A stretch of DNA of 25,035 nt from a virus (IMGVR_UViG_3300037418_002962:218650-243684), one strand, 5' to 3'. Positions 1 through 8,535 are shown, counted from the stretch's first letter. The notes: a model not told the origin generated them from the letters alone. Numbers and translations: made by a program.

Positions 1-76
1 CGATTTCTCCGAATTCCCTTAAAATTTTACCATTACATTTAATACAAACTACTAATTTCTCTTTATGCATTGACAT
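1..76 (-). CDS. 5' end of a hypothetical protein (MSMHKEKLVVCIKCNGK...), runs off the window
   Basis: ATG at 76 with AAGGAG SD upstream; frame open to the window edge; CxxC motif. Confidence 0.7.
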   Translation of the reverse strand, partial: MSMHKEKLVVCIKCNGKILREFGEI

Positions 77-132
77 TTTTTCTCCTTTTAACTCGCTACA
101 GACTAAAGCGACAAATTTAAAGTCCGTTGGTT

Positions 133-157
133 TACCCTTTAGACAATTCTAAAGGTA
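133..157. terminator. Stem-loop (TACCCTTTAGA-caat-TCTAAAGGTA); T-rich tail only on the + strand
   Basis: Near-perfect inverted repeat in an intergenic gap, followed by TTCTTTATTTATTT on +. Confidence 0.45.
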
Positions 158-165
158 TTCTTTAT

Positions 166-324
166 TTATTTCATATCATCATAGTAAAGCTTGAAATATT
201 CACCACAAACTTTACATTCATATGATTCTCCATCCATGCTAGACCTTATTTCTTCTAAATTTTTACATTTCCATATGTTATCTTTACAGATTTCAGATTT
301 CTTTAAAGGATTTCCATCAGCCAT
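166..324 (-). CDS. Small Zn-ribbon hypothetical protein, 52 aa (MADGNPLKKSEIC...YECKVCGEYFKLYYDDMK)
   Basis: Manually translated, not in the ORF track; start overlaps upstream stop; CxxC. Confidence 0.7.
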   Translation of the reverse strand: MADGNPLKKSEICKDNIWKCKNLEEIRSSMDGESYECKVCGEYFKLYYDDMK

Positions 325-610
325 TTTTTAGATCTTCCACATTAACTGGAGTTACTAGTAAATTTTCCCGTTCTTCATGAGTTTTTGCGGGACCACAAAA
401 TACTTCGCCAGAAGAAACACAGTAAACATCAGAACCACCAGTCATAATCCATTCTACTTTACCATTGCCAATATCTTTACCTGTAATGGCTCCATATTCT
501 GTCTTAAACCCAAGAGACCCTTCAAATAAAAATAATCCAGGTGGGCATTTCCATAGAGGTATTTCTTTATTTCTCAAAATGCTTATCTCCATAACCAAAA
601 AGATAGGCAC
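317..610 (-). CDS. Hypothetical phage protein (true start probably further downstream)
   Basis: ORF tiles between neighbours on the coding strand. Confidence 0.7.
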   Translation of the reverse strand: MPIFLVMEISILRNKEIPLWKCPPGLFLFEGSLGFKTEYGAITGKDIGNGKVEWIMTGGSDVYCVSSGEVFCGPAKTHEERENLLVTPVNVEDLKNG

Positions 611-755
611 AATCTAGAAGTGCTTTAATTTCTCGTGCTTGGTTTAGCCCATTACATATATAATAAATTCCAGGACCCTTGACAATCCACGCACCATTTG
701 AAGCAGAATATTGTTCATAACTATAAGGAGTTTCTATTTCTGAGAATTTCTGCAT
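567..755 (-). CDS. Hypothetical protein, 62 aa (MQKFSEIE...)
   Basis: ATG immediately after the ligase stop; trimmed from track ORF 567..845. Confidence 0.65.
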   Translation of the reverse strand: MQKFSEIETPYSYEQYSASNGAWIVKGPGIYYICNGLNQAREIKALLDCAYLFGYGDKHFEK

Positions 756-756
756 A

Positions 757-1794
757 TTAACCATCATGCTTAAGCAAGAATCTGTTACTAATCCCTTTAA
801 AGGACCAGCTAGGATTGTCAATGCTCTTGTAAACCAAACCTTCACGAGTAATTTGCTGACCTTTTGGACTTAGAGCAGAAGAACCTTCCACATAGGCAAG
901 GAAATCATCAATATTCTCAAAGTCAAATCGGAAATTCCCCAGAACTGGCACAGAACGCAAGCCAAGATCCAGAATAATCATATGCCTTTCTTCAGCATTC
1001 AGATACCTCTTTGCATCAATATCATAAATGTTGAAAATACGATATTCGAGTTCCTTTAAGCCATAAATATTTTTTTGCACTCCTGGCCCAACCAATTCCC
1101 CCTGCAGTGCAATATTCCTACCAAAACTACTAAGCTTTTCTTCAAGTCCATACTTACGGGCAGTTGCCCAGAAAGCATTTCCCTCTTCTTCAACAAGGTC
1201 AAGATTCCTGCTGCAGACACCAAAAGTATCTTCATTTAGATAAACAGTCATTGAAGAACCATCAAGCTTTTCCGTGACTTCATAGGTATCATCAGGATAA
1301 TAACGCTTTACATCCCTCCAGCAATTCTGGATACGTTCCTCATCAGTCTTGGGAACGAACATTGGGAAATTGCCTTTTATGCGGCCAGAAAGATGAGCAG
1401 GGACTTGTGGTTCGTACTTAATAACTCCAAGAAGTTCTGCAAGGAAATCTGTTTCCTCATCAAATGTAACTTCTGGAATTCCGTTAGGAAATACCTCCGA
1501 AACAGGCAAAATCAGACCCTGACTCATAGTCTTCTTAAGCTTGATGCTCTTTAGACGATGATAGGATTTTCCATCAACAGTATGAATTCCACGGTTTGCA
1601 AGGAATGCGAAAGTTGGATTATCAGTAGGAACAAGACTATCAATTTCCATATAGACTACTTTATCGCCTACCTGGAAACCATTGGTCTTCTGACTGACCA
1701 AACTCCAACCATCCACGATTACCTGAACGATATTATCAGCCTCAGGAATGGGCCGAATATCAGCAATTTCACGAATTGTTACAAGTTTACGCAT
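757..1794 (-). CDS. RNA ligase, DRB0094/Rnl2-like family with N-terminal OB-type domain
   Basis: N-terminus MRKLVTIREIADIRPIPEADNI...GDKVVYMEIDS; motif I EKLDGSS; SRN; QGELVG; EGLVYK; FKGIS. Confidence 0.92.
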   Translation of the reverse strand: MRKLVTIREIADIRPIPEADNIVQVIVDGWSLVSQKTNGFQVGDKVVYMEIDSLVPTDNPTFAFLANRGIHTVDGKSYHRLKSIKLKKTMSQGLILPVSEVFPNGIPEVTFDEETDFLAELLGVIKYEPQVPAHLSGRIKGNFPMFVPKTDEERIQNCWRDVKRYYPDDTYEVTEKLDGSSMTVYLNEDTFGVCSRNLDLVEEEGNAFWATARKYGLEEKLSSFGRNIALQGELVGPGVQKNIYGLKELEYRIFNIYDIDAKRYLNAEERHMIILDLGLRSVPVLGNFRFDFENIDDFLAYVEGSSALSPKGQQITREGLVYKSIDNPSWSFKGISNRFLLKHDG

Positions 1795-2041
1795 TTATAA
1801 AATCTCCATTCTCGTTTAATAGTTCATTCATGCCACAAGATTCTGCATGATGCAACACATCCTTGTGTTCTTTTACATTAAAAGGCAAACCTCTACGAAA
1901 TCTTAACCAGCCTTTTCCATTAACCCATACATCTAATTTTCCTATTTGATCACAGACCAAACATTTCATTTCAAAAGGAATATTATCTTCAACAGGACTC
2001 CAAACTACAACTTTATTTGCATCAATTAGAACTTTATTCAT
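1787..2041 (-). CDS. Hypothetical protein
   Basis: ORF overlapping both neighbours. Confidence 0.7.
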   Translation of the reverse strand: MNKVLIDANKVVVWSPVEDNIPFEMKCLVCDQIGKLDVWVNGKGWLRFRRGLPFNVKEHKDVLHHAESCGMNELLNENGDFINA

Positions 2042-2211
2042 GATAAAAACAATCTTCTTTTAATATCACCAATTTCTTCTTCTAACTTAAGAAGTTTCTT
2101 ATAATCTCTCATTATAGTATATCGATATGATTTGTCAAGATATTGCCAAGCACAAAGAGGATGATGCCTTTCATCCCATTTGGTTTGAAGTTCTTTTTCA
2201 ATATCAGTCAT
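2038..2211 (-). CDS. Hypothetical protein, 57 aa (MTDIEKELQ...)
   Basis: ATG at 2211 overlaps the upstream stop; trimmed from track ORF. Confidence 0.65.
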   Translation of the reverse strand: MTDIEKELQTKWDERHHPLCAWQYLDKSYRYTIMRDYKKLLKLEEEIGDIKRRLFLS

Positions 2212-2428
2212 TTGTTTTGCCAAACTTCCATCTCCAACCATCACTGTTATCTGTAATTGCAATCATTTCCATTGGTAATGTCAAAGGCCATAAAAATCCC
2301 ATCATAATTTCCATAGCAAAGGAATTACATTGGTGCGGTCCTTTAGCACAATAATTTTCATTCAGAGAATTTGTAAATCCTGCAACCATAAGTGCAATAG
2401 ACAAATATAATACAATTCCACTTTTCAT
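2204..2428 (-). CDS. Small membrane protein (two hydrophobic segments, LWPLTLP)
   Basis: Hydrophobic stretches; ATGA overlap with upstream gene. Confidence 0.7.
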   Translation of the reverse strand: MKSGIVLYLSIALMVAGFTNSLNENYCAKGPHQCNSFAMEIMMGFLWPLTLPMEMIAITDNSDGWRWKFGKTND

Positions 2429-2874
2429 ATTATTAAATCCTTTATAGTATCTAAATTAAATAGAGGTAACTTAGAGATATCATGCCTGACTTCAAGCATT
2501 CTGTCAAATATATCATCATTGATTGCAGACCCGTTCCAGAGATCGAATTTAGTATCACCATTCAGAACACAAATCGTGTTAACTCCATATCTTGTAGCCA
2601 TTTCATCATGGAAATAACCATACTTTGTTTTATGCTTGTCATTCCAGATACAAAAATAACTAGAAACTCTATAATCTTTTACAATCCATTCAGAAGACGC
2701 ATCATCAGGATCAGTGTACATGCCTCTACTTATATTGATTGTACCATTTTTATAAAGATAAAATGGCCCTTTACGATTTAGACGCTTCTTCCAGTTATTG
2801 ATTTCCTTCTGAATAGATGCCTCAATTTCTTCGTCTGTTGGATCTTCATTCATCATATATTCCTTGTCTTTCAT
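2425..2874 (-). CDS. Hypothetical protein
   Basis: 149-aa ORF on the coding strand. Confidence 0.75.
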   Translation of the reverse strand: MKDKEYMMNEDPTDEEIEASIQKEINNWKKRLNRKGPFYLYKNGTINISRGMYTDPDDASSEWIVKDYRVSSYFCIWNDKHKTKYGYFHDEMATRYGVNTICVLNGDTKFDLWNGSAINDDIFDRMLEVRHDISKLPLFNLDTIKDLII

Positions 2875-3076
2875 GAAGTTCTGGAAGATTATGTTTACAA
2901 GCTAGAAAATATCCTAAGTCAATAATTGCCTGTGAATACCCAGCAATTTTACAAATCATTTCTTGTCTTTCATGAGTTCCATAATATTCTGGGTTCATCC
3001 ATGGAGAATTTTCTATCATATATTTCTTAGTAAGAATCAATTCATCCATCGCTTCAAGGATATCTTCTGTTCTCAT
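2846..3076 (-). CDS. Hypothetical protein
   Basis: ATGA overlap with upstream gene. Confidence 0.7.
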   Translation of the reverse strand: MRTEDILEAMDELILTKKYMIENSPWMNPEYYGTHERQEMICKIAGYSQAIIDLGYFLACKHNLPELHERQGIYDE

Positions 3077-3336
3077 TTCATTCTTCCAACAGCATTTTCA
3101 TACATATAAATCATTTCAACTAAATCTTTCTTTTTCTGATCATATTCTATTTTATATGCCAATAGCTCTTCATCAAGTCTAAAACTTCTATTAATAGCTT
3201 CACTAAGTTGTTGCTCAATTATAAGACGCTCCATTTGCTTTTCTGATGTAAGAGAACTCCATAGAACATCATTGTTATTATTCCAACGATTTTCCGCTCT
3301 TCCAAGAATTGCACGAACTCCCATATCTAAACTCAA
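3073..3336 (-). CDS. Hypothetical coiled-coil protein
   Basis: TTG start with AAGGAG SD; heptad-like C-terminus. Confidence 0.7.
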   Translation of the reverse strand: MSLDMGVRAILGRAENRWNNNNDVLWSSLTSEKQMERLIIEQQLSEAINRSFRLDEELLAYKIEYDQKKKDLVEMIYMYENAVGRMK

Positions 3337-3348
3337 AATATATCTCCT

Positions 3349-3651
3349 TTAATAATCTTCCTCTATCACTTTATTATAATCAGGAAGCTTAGTTTCTATA
3401 TCACATTCTTCAAGATAATATGTGGTTTCATCTGATTGATAATCTTTAGTCATTGAATCAAATGGAGAAATTCTAATCTTATCTGGAATAATAGTTCTGG
3501 TATAATAATTATTACCAAATTCCTGCTGCCATTGTGTGGCTAATTCTACATGCCTTTGCGCTTTGCGTTTATTTCTATAAGCTGCAACAATCCATTCAGA
3601 TCTATCTGAATACTCTCCACAAACAGCAGTAACTACATAAATTTTATTCAT
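3349..3651 (-). CDS. Hypothetical phage protein (MNKIYVVTAVCGEYSD...)
   Basis: KIYVV..GEYSD type N-terminus common in small phage proteins; GAGG SD. Confidence 0.75.
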   Translation of the reverse strand: MNKIYVVTAVCGEYSDRSEWIVAAYRNKRKAQRHVELATQWQQEFGNNYYTRTIIPDKIRISPFDSMTKDYQSDETTYYLEECDIETKLPDYNKVIEEDY

Positions 3652-4171
3652 TAACCTCTTCTGGTGCATAAAAACGAGTCACTTCCCCATCTAGGCCAAC
3701 ATACCAAATTTGGTCCCAACCTTCGTCAAATGTAGGAATGTCATAAGAGTCAATCATGCTCTCGATAACAGAATCAGGAATATACTTTCCTGTTTCAAAG
3801 TTACGCTTCTTATTGCGTTCCAAAAGGATTTCCTCAGAAGGCCACACAATAACAACACAGATCTTCTTATAATCCTTGGGAACCCTGGAAAGCTTCTTGA
3901 CACGAGACTTTGCAGACATATTAGTTTGGTTCCAGATTACACCAGAACCATCAAACATCAAAGGAATCTTGCGATTCAATTCTCGTTCCGCAAACTTACT
4001 GACATGCTGGAAAATCTCGGAATAGGTAGCACCAAGAACCTTTGCAGCTTCATCAATGATATCATCCAAGGAGATGATATTGTAGAGAGAACTAAAAGTT
4101 TTCTTGATGAAGGTATCCTTCCCGCTGCAGGGTGGACCTACCATCATAAAAAATTCTTTATCCATCACCAT
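3644..4171 (-). CDS. P-loop kinase, AAA_33/polynucleotide-kinase-like, no phosphatase domain
   Basis: Walker A GPPCSGKDT; ISLDD; NQTNMSAKSR; lid ERNKKR; IPDSVIESM; PTFDEGWD. Confidence 0.85.
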   Translation of the reverse strand: MVMDKEFFMMVGPPCSGKDTFIKKTFSSLYNIISLDDIIDEAAKVLGATYSEIFQHVSKFAERELNRKIPLMFDGSGVIWNQTNMSAKSRVKKLSRVPKDYKKICVVIVWPSEEILLERNKKRNFETGKYIPDSVIESMIDSYDIPTFDEGWDQIWYVGLDGEVTRFYAPEEVNE

Positions 4172-4347
4172 TATATAATCATCCTCTCATAATTTTTATC
4201 TAAATATTCTTCCGTTAATGAAGAAGGATTTTTAATTCCATCAGCTTGAAGAACATAACATCCGAAAAACTCCAGTATATTTACCACAGTTTTTTCAGCT
4301 TGTCCAGGATTTTTTGGTTTAAATCGATCACCAATCTTATATTTCAT
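4171..4347 (-). CDS. Hypothetical protein, 58 aa (MKYKIGDRFKPKNPG...)
   Basis: Manually translated; fills the gap exactly; TAATG coupling to the kinase. Confidence 0.7.
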   Translation of the reverse strand: MKYKIGDRFKPKNPGQAEKTVVNILEFFGCYVLQADGIKNPSSLTEEYLDKNYERMII

Positions 4348-4573
4348 CAATCATTTCCTTTATATCTTTTGTTATATCTAAACAGATTCCATCAGGATTT
4401 GCATCACATACAGAAATTACTTGAAAATCCGAATGATCATCCTCTTTAGTCCACCACTTCTTAAGATAAGAACAAACTTCATGTTTTACTGTAAAAGCTC
4501 CAATAAGAGGATAATGCATTTCTACATAACATGATGCATTATAAATCAAATAAATTTTATGTGACCGGGCCAT
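4337..4573 (-). CDS. Hypothetical protein
   Basis: TAATG coupling with upstream gene. Confidence 0.65.
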   Translation of the reverse strand: MARSHKIYLIYNASCYVEMHYPLIGAFTVKHEVCSYLKKWWTKEDDHSDFQVISVCDANPDGICLDITKDIKEMIDEI

Positions 4574-4770
4574 TATATATAACAAGTCCAACGCTCAATA
4601 TCATCATCCCAGAACCATCCAAGCTCATCCAAAATTGCAACATCTTCTGCACTAATCTTAACAGAATCATCACCAATCCATAGTTGGTCATGTTCTGCAG
4701 AGAAATATTCCGTTTCTCCAAAATATTTTTGAAAAATTACAACAGCCTTAGCCATATTTCCTAGATTCAT
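4573..4770 (-). CDS. Conserved-looking small phage protein (SAEHDQLWIG...LDELGWFWD)
   Basis: Motif pattern typical of small phage proteins; ATGA overlap. Confidence 0.75.
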   Translation of the reverse strand: MNLGNMAKAVVIFQKYFGETEYFSAEHDQLWIGDDSVKISAEDVAILDELGWFWDDDIERWTCYI

Positions 4771-5123
4771 TCATTTACTCCTTTTATTTCTAAATAATCT
4801 CTAGACATAACTTCATCTGGAATAAATCCTAATTTTCCTCCATAAGATTTAATAATCCATTCATTATTCCTCATTTGATGAACCATATTTCGTTCATAAG
4901 TTATACCCGAATCGTTTTTAAAAGTTCCAATGTAATAATATAGAGGATGTTTTAGTGTATAGCTAACTCCAAATTCATCAGTACCCTCAGAAACAAAAAC
5001 ATAATTTTCTAAATAATATCCCTTATTATGAGGATCTTCCATAATATCAAAATAACCATATCTAGAATCTGGAACCCATTGAATTGCTTCAATTACTCTA
5101 TTAATATGAACAAATTTAGGCAT
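4767..5123 (-). CDS. Hypothetical phage protein (IEAIQW...EWIIK...Y family)
   Basis: ATG two bases after the Rnl1 stop; recognisable motif pattern. Confidence 0.7.
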   Translation of the reverse strand: MPKFVHINRVIEAIQWVPDSRYGYFDIMEDPHNKGYYLENYVFVSEGTDEFGVSYTLKHPLYYYIGTFKNDSGITYERNMVHQMRNNEWIIKSYGGKLGFIPDEVMSRDYLEIKGVNE

Positions 5124-5124
5124 T

Positions 5125-6303
5125 TTACTCTTCTCCTTGAATCCCATAATTAATATCAGACAGGAACTGTTCCTTGAGAACCTTGAAATTCTTATTGTTA
5201 TTGCAATTCTTCTTGAAATAAGAAATCACGGTATTATAACAATTTTCACTGGAACGATTTTCCCAGACATGAAAGCACATTGCCCTGAACAATGGAAGCA
5301 TCTCTTGACTCTTCACAAGAGCAAAATCTTTCCTTGGCATATCACCAATCTCATTCATAGCCTTATAAAGAAATTTAGAGAGATTCTTAATACAGGCAGT
5401 AAAATCATCCTCATAATCATTGACCATTTTCAAATCATCAGGAAGCAGAAATGACTTAACATCATCGATTCCATTATTAATAATGAGTTCTGCAACAGCC
5501 TTTTCGGAATTGATAAGTTCCTTATTTTTATGAATCATTACGTATTGATCAGCTTTAATTTTTGCCATCATATTGTCAAAGCGAATCACAACTCCTTCTT
5601 TACCTTCCCACTTACGAATTTGTTCGATAGATTCATTAGGGAAATTAATAAAATCCATCTCTATGGATTCAACCACAGGAATATCATATTCTTCTGCCCA
5701 TTCTACCATATTTTTATATGGTATATAATTTCCATATACGGTATTACGAATAGCTGTCAAAATAAGATTATCTTCTGCATGAGTGATAACAATTCTTTGC
5801 TCGATTGAGCTAGAACACCATTCAAAAATGGCAGTGAATCCTTCCTCATGAACTTCCCATACAAAATCTTCATATTTTGGATGCTTCTTTACAAAATCCT
5901 TAACAGAATTATTAAAGTTTTCTGCTCCCATCTTTGTAAGCCATTCAATTTTGCCATTATGACAAAAATTATGAATCATAGACCCATCTAGTTTAGATAG
6001 AACCACATGAGGCTTAGAAAAATCAATATTTTCCAGAAAGGTTTCCTGTTTTTCAAACATATTGAAAAATTTATTGTAAGGCCGAGAGAGAATTTCGCCT
6101 GTCTTTGGATGAAACTTAATGCCTCGGCACTCACGAAGAAAAGCAGAATTTCTGTCAGTTATTTCAGGAAAAGTTTTAGAATCCTGCATCAAATAATTTA
6201 TAACAGTAAAATTCTCCTTTTCACAAACATAAAATTCATCCTTCCCTTCAATAGCCGGGAGAACGTCTTTAATGTTTGTTATAACTGGAAATTCATAATT
6301 CAT
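5125..6303 (-). CDS. rnlA: RNA ligase 1 (T4 Rnl1/RnlA family)
   Basis: ECRGIKF...LSRPYNKFFN; motif I SKLDGSMI; TAIFEW; EGVVI; MAKIK. Confidence 0.93.
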   Translation of the reverse strand: MNYEFPVITNIKDVLPAIEGKDEFYVCEKENFTVINYLMQDSKTFPEITDRNSAFLRECRGIKFHPKTGEILSRPYNKFFNMFEKQETFLENIDFSKPHVVLSKLDGSMIHNFCHNGKIEWLTKMGAENFNNSVKDFVKKHPKYEDFVWEVHEEGFTAIFEWCSSSIEQRIVITHAEDNLILTAIRNTVYGNYIPYKNMVEWAEEYDIPVVESIEMDFINFPNESIEQIRKWEGKEGVVIRFDNMMAKIKADQYVMIHKNKELINSEKAVAELIINNGIDDVKSFLLPDDLKMVNDYEDDFTACIKNLSKFLYKAMNEIGDMPRKDFALVKSQEMLPLFRAMCFHVWENRSSENCYNTVISYFKKNCNNNKNFKVLKEQFLSDINYGIQGEE

Positions 6304-6313
6304 TTCAATTTCT

Positions 6314-6321
6314 CATAAATA
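6314..6321 (+). promoter_or_regulatory. T4-late-like promoter variant CATAAATA upstream of the homing endonuclease
   Basis: 7/8 match to TATAAATA, directly ahead of the leader hairpin. Confidence 0.5.
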
Positions 6322-6324
6322 AAA

Positions 6325-6354
6325 GTGGATCGCGAGGCTGTAACCTCCATCCAC
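6325..6354 (+). promoter_or_regulatory. Leader hairpin GTGGAT-cgc-GAGG-ctgtaa-CCTC-c-ATCCAC
   Basis: Two stacked perfect stems, GC-rich within AT-rich DNA. Confidence 0.65.
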
Positions 6355-6381
6355 AGTAAAAACTTTAAGGGAGTTCTCACA

Positions 6382-7068
6382 ATGGATATTTATACTCAAA
6401 CCATGGCCTATGTTATATACATAGCAACTAATCTTGTCAATGACCAATCTTATATTGGATTTACAGAAAATCTTAAAGAAAGAATAAATCAACATTCTGA
6501 AAAATCTTATATAAAATCTGACAGAGCCTATCATCATTATTTTCATAGAGCAATCAGAAAATATAAATTAGAAACATTTGAATGGAAAATACTATATCAA
6601 TCAAATGATAAAGAATTTACACATAAAATCATGGAAAGATATTTTATTAAACTATTAAAAACTCATTATATTGATGGTTATGGTTATAATATGACTTATG
6701 GAGGGGAAGGAACCCATGGATTAAACCACTCCAAAGAAACTAGAGAAAAAATGTCTAAATCTAGAATTGGAACGAAGCCATCAGACGAAACACGTAAGAA
6801 ACAATCTGAATGGCAACTTGGAAGAAAACTTCCTGAATCAACTAGAGAAAAAATGTCAGCAGCTTCTAAAGGGAAACCAAAATCAGAAGGAGCTATCTTA
6901 AAAAGATCTAAAACATATCTAATTACTTTCCCAGATGGGCATCAAGAAGAAATTATTAATATGTGTAAATTTTGTAGAGAACACGGTTTATCTTCAAGTC
7001 ATATGTTTGCAATAGCATCTGGAAATAGAAAATCACATAAAGGATTTAAATGCAGCGAAATTAGCTGA
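6382..7068 (+). mobile_element. Free-standing GIY-YIG homing endonuclease (Seg-like) with NUMOD3 repeats, inserted antisense
   Basis: VIYIATNLVNDQSYIG; R..QH; FHRAIRKY; GYNMTYGGEG; repeats HSKETREKMS/SDETRKKQS/PESTREKMS; C-terminal HTH-like FCREHGLS; GGGAG SD before ATG 6382. Confidence 0.92.
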
Positions 7069-7222
7069 AAATCCCAAACCAAATTCCAACACCATGAACG
7101 ATAGCAATCGGGAACATAATTGCACCAGCAATCAAAAATCCCCAATGTGATTCCTGCAAACATGTTATTACATGAGTAAGCCATGCTGCAAAACAAAATA
7201 CCAAAAATATAAGACCTTTCAT
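7061..7222 (-). CDS. Small membrane protein, 53 aa (MKGLIFLVFCFAAWLTHVITCLQESHWGFLIAGAIMFPIAIVHGVGIWFGIFS)
   Basis: Manually translated; ATG overlaps upstream stop; ends convergently on the HEG stop; replaces track ORF 6999..7238. Confidence 0.75.
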   Translation of the reverse strand: MKGLIFLVFCFAAWLTHVITCLQESHWGFLIAGAIMFPIAIVHGVGIWFGIFS

Positions 7223-7506
7223 TTAATATTCCTTTCATAAAATCTCTTCAACCCAATCACTATAAACAACCCTCCAATGAAAATCAAGAGGCTTGATGGT
7301 TCTGCTACTGGCATTGGTTTGCCTGTATAGATATATACATAAGTTCCATTATAATGGAGATAAGCGGGCCATAAAATCAAAAGCAATACCAAAATTCCAG
7401 TCAGACCATAAAGAACTCTCTTTAGCTTTTTGGTCCTGACTGACTTCTGATATTGTTTCAATTCATATGCATAGGTCTTTTTGATGTTGGGATTAAGCTT
7501 GGTCAT
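7219..7506 (-). CDS. Two-TM membrane protein with basic N-terminus
   Basis: Two hydrophobic helices (VLYGLTGILVLLLILWPAYL; LLIFIGGLFIVIGL). Confidence 0.75.
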   Translation of the reverse strand: MTKLNPNIKKTYAYELKQYQKSVRTKKLKRVLYGLTGILVLLLILWPAYLHYNGTYVYIYTGKPMPVAEPSSLLIFIGGLFIVIGLKRFYERNIK

Positions 7507-7708
7507 CTTTATCAACTGCCAATGAATTTTCTTTTAAAAATTCAACCAATTGCCTAGAATTTATATAACATCCTATAGAATGTCTATTAATAGTGCATGG
7601 TAAATTGATTTTTTCAGATGCTTCAATAAATGTCTCTGCTTCTCTCTTGGTTTCAAACCAATGGTCTACAGCAATTCTACGGACTCTCCAAACAGCTTTA
7701 GTGCTCAT
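7493..7708 (-). CDS. Hypothetical protein (MSTKAVWRV...)
   Basis: ATG after GAGGA SD; trimmed from track ORF. Confidence 0.65.
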   Translation of the reverse strand: MSTKAVWRVRRIAVDHWFETKREAETFIEASEKINLPCTINRHSIGCYINSRQLVEFLKENSLAVDKDDQA

Positions 7709-7955
7709 CTTCTTCCTCTGCAATTTTATGCAATACCCATGAAACTCTCTTCCCAATCTTGATAACCTGGAAAGGCGGATTCATAGAAAGAGGCTTATCA
7801 AAGCCATTCTTTCTAGCCTGTGAAAGAGATGGAAAGCTTCCCATTGCTACAGCAATATGGGCAATAGTATCTCCAGGCCATGATTCGAATTTTTCATCTG
7901 AACCAAAGAAAAGCTCTTTATCGCTTTCTGGATTATCAGGATTAATAAAATTCAT
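7698..7955 (-). CDS. Small protein resembling an S4-type RNA-binding domain (TyrRS C-terminal-like)
   Basis: IAHIAVAMGSFPSLSQARK...VIKIGKR resembles S4 pattern L..LL...G..PS.SEARR...L..GKR. Confidence 0.55.
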   Translation of the reverse strand: MNFINPDNPESDKELFFGSDEKFESWPGDTIAHIAVAMGSFPSLSQARKNGFDKPLSMNPPFQVIKIGKRVSWVLHKIAEEEDEH

Positions 7956-8149
7956 TATACCACATCCTTAACAATAGGATCTTGTTCGAAAAATTTCTTC
8001 AATTCTTCTTCACTCATCCCTAGACGGGGAATAATAGAAGATTTTTTGTTAAAAATAGCGTCAAAAATTGTGCTTCTGGCTTCCTCCAGGGTATCAGCAA
8101 TAGCGCCAAACATGAATTTATCTGGAATTGCCCACCTATAATTTTTCAT
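7955..8149 (-). CDS. Hypothetical protein
   Basis: TAATG coupling on both sides; ADTLEEAR motif. Confidence 0.7.
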   Translation of the reverse strand: MKNYRWAIPDKFMFGAIADTLEEARSTIFDAIFNKKSSIIPRLGMSEEELKKFFEQDPIVKDVV

Positions 8150-8331
8150 TATGACCAAAACTCAAAATCTTCTGAAAGCCTAAAATTTTCAGTAAGACCT
8201 AGGCTATTAGGTTCATCCCCACCATTTATCCTAACATCCGCAAAGACTTCACAGCTTTTAACAAAGCCAAATCCCGGAATCTTAGAATCCCGGAGAACTC
8301 TGATAACAGCAAGCTCATATGCAGTAATCAT
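8149..8331 (-). CDS. Hypothetical protein
   Basis: 60-aa ORF tiling the operon. Confidence 0.65.
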   Translation of the reverse strand: MITAYELAVIRVLRDSKIPGFGFVKSCEVFADVRINGGDEPNSLGLTENFRLSEDFEFWS

Positions 8332-8334
8332 TTC

Positions 8335-8508
8335 TTAATTATTCCTGAAGTGAAGGGAAGAATGAGCATTGTACCCAGGAGTTACATGGAAACGGTCACA
8401 AACATCAAGTGCTTCTGACAGAGAAGAAATACGTGTCTTGAACACGGTATGATTGCCGTACAAATCAGAGGTAATCCGCAACTCTGTATTCCAATAATGC
8501 GCGTACAT
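8335..8508 (-). CDS. Hypothetical protein, 57 aa (MYAHYWNTELRITSD...), first gene after a promoter
   Basis: Manually translated; GGAGA SD; immediately downstream of a consensus promoter. Confidence 0.7.
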   Translation of the reverse strand: MYAHYWNTELRITSDLYGNHTVFKTRISSLSEALDVCDRFHVTPGYNAHSSLHFRNN

Positions 8509-8535
8509 TCAATCTCTCCGTGTTCGATAAGGAGG

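Noticed and set aside
6313-6546. Minus-strand 77-aa ORF
   Set aside because: Shadow of the GIY-YIG gene
6304-7068. Group I intron around the GIY-YIG gene
   Set aside because: Flanking genes are intact, the ORF is antisense and there is no room for an intron core
6999-7238. 79-aa minus-strand track ORF
   Set aside because: The alternative frame 7061..7222 gives a coherent membrane protein that tiles properly
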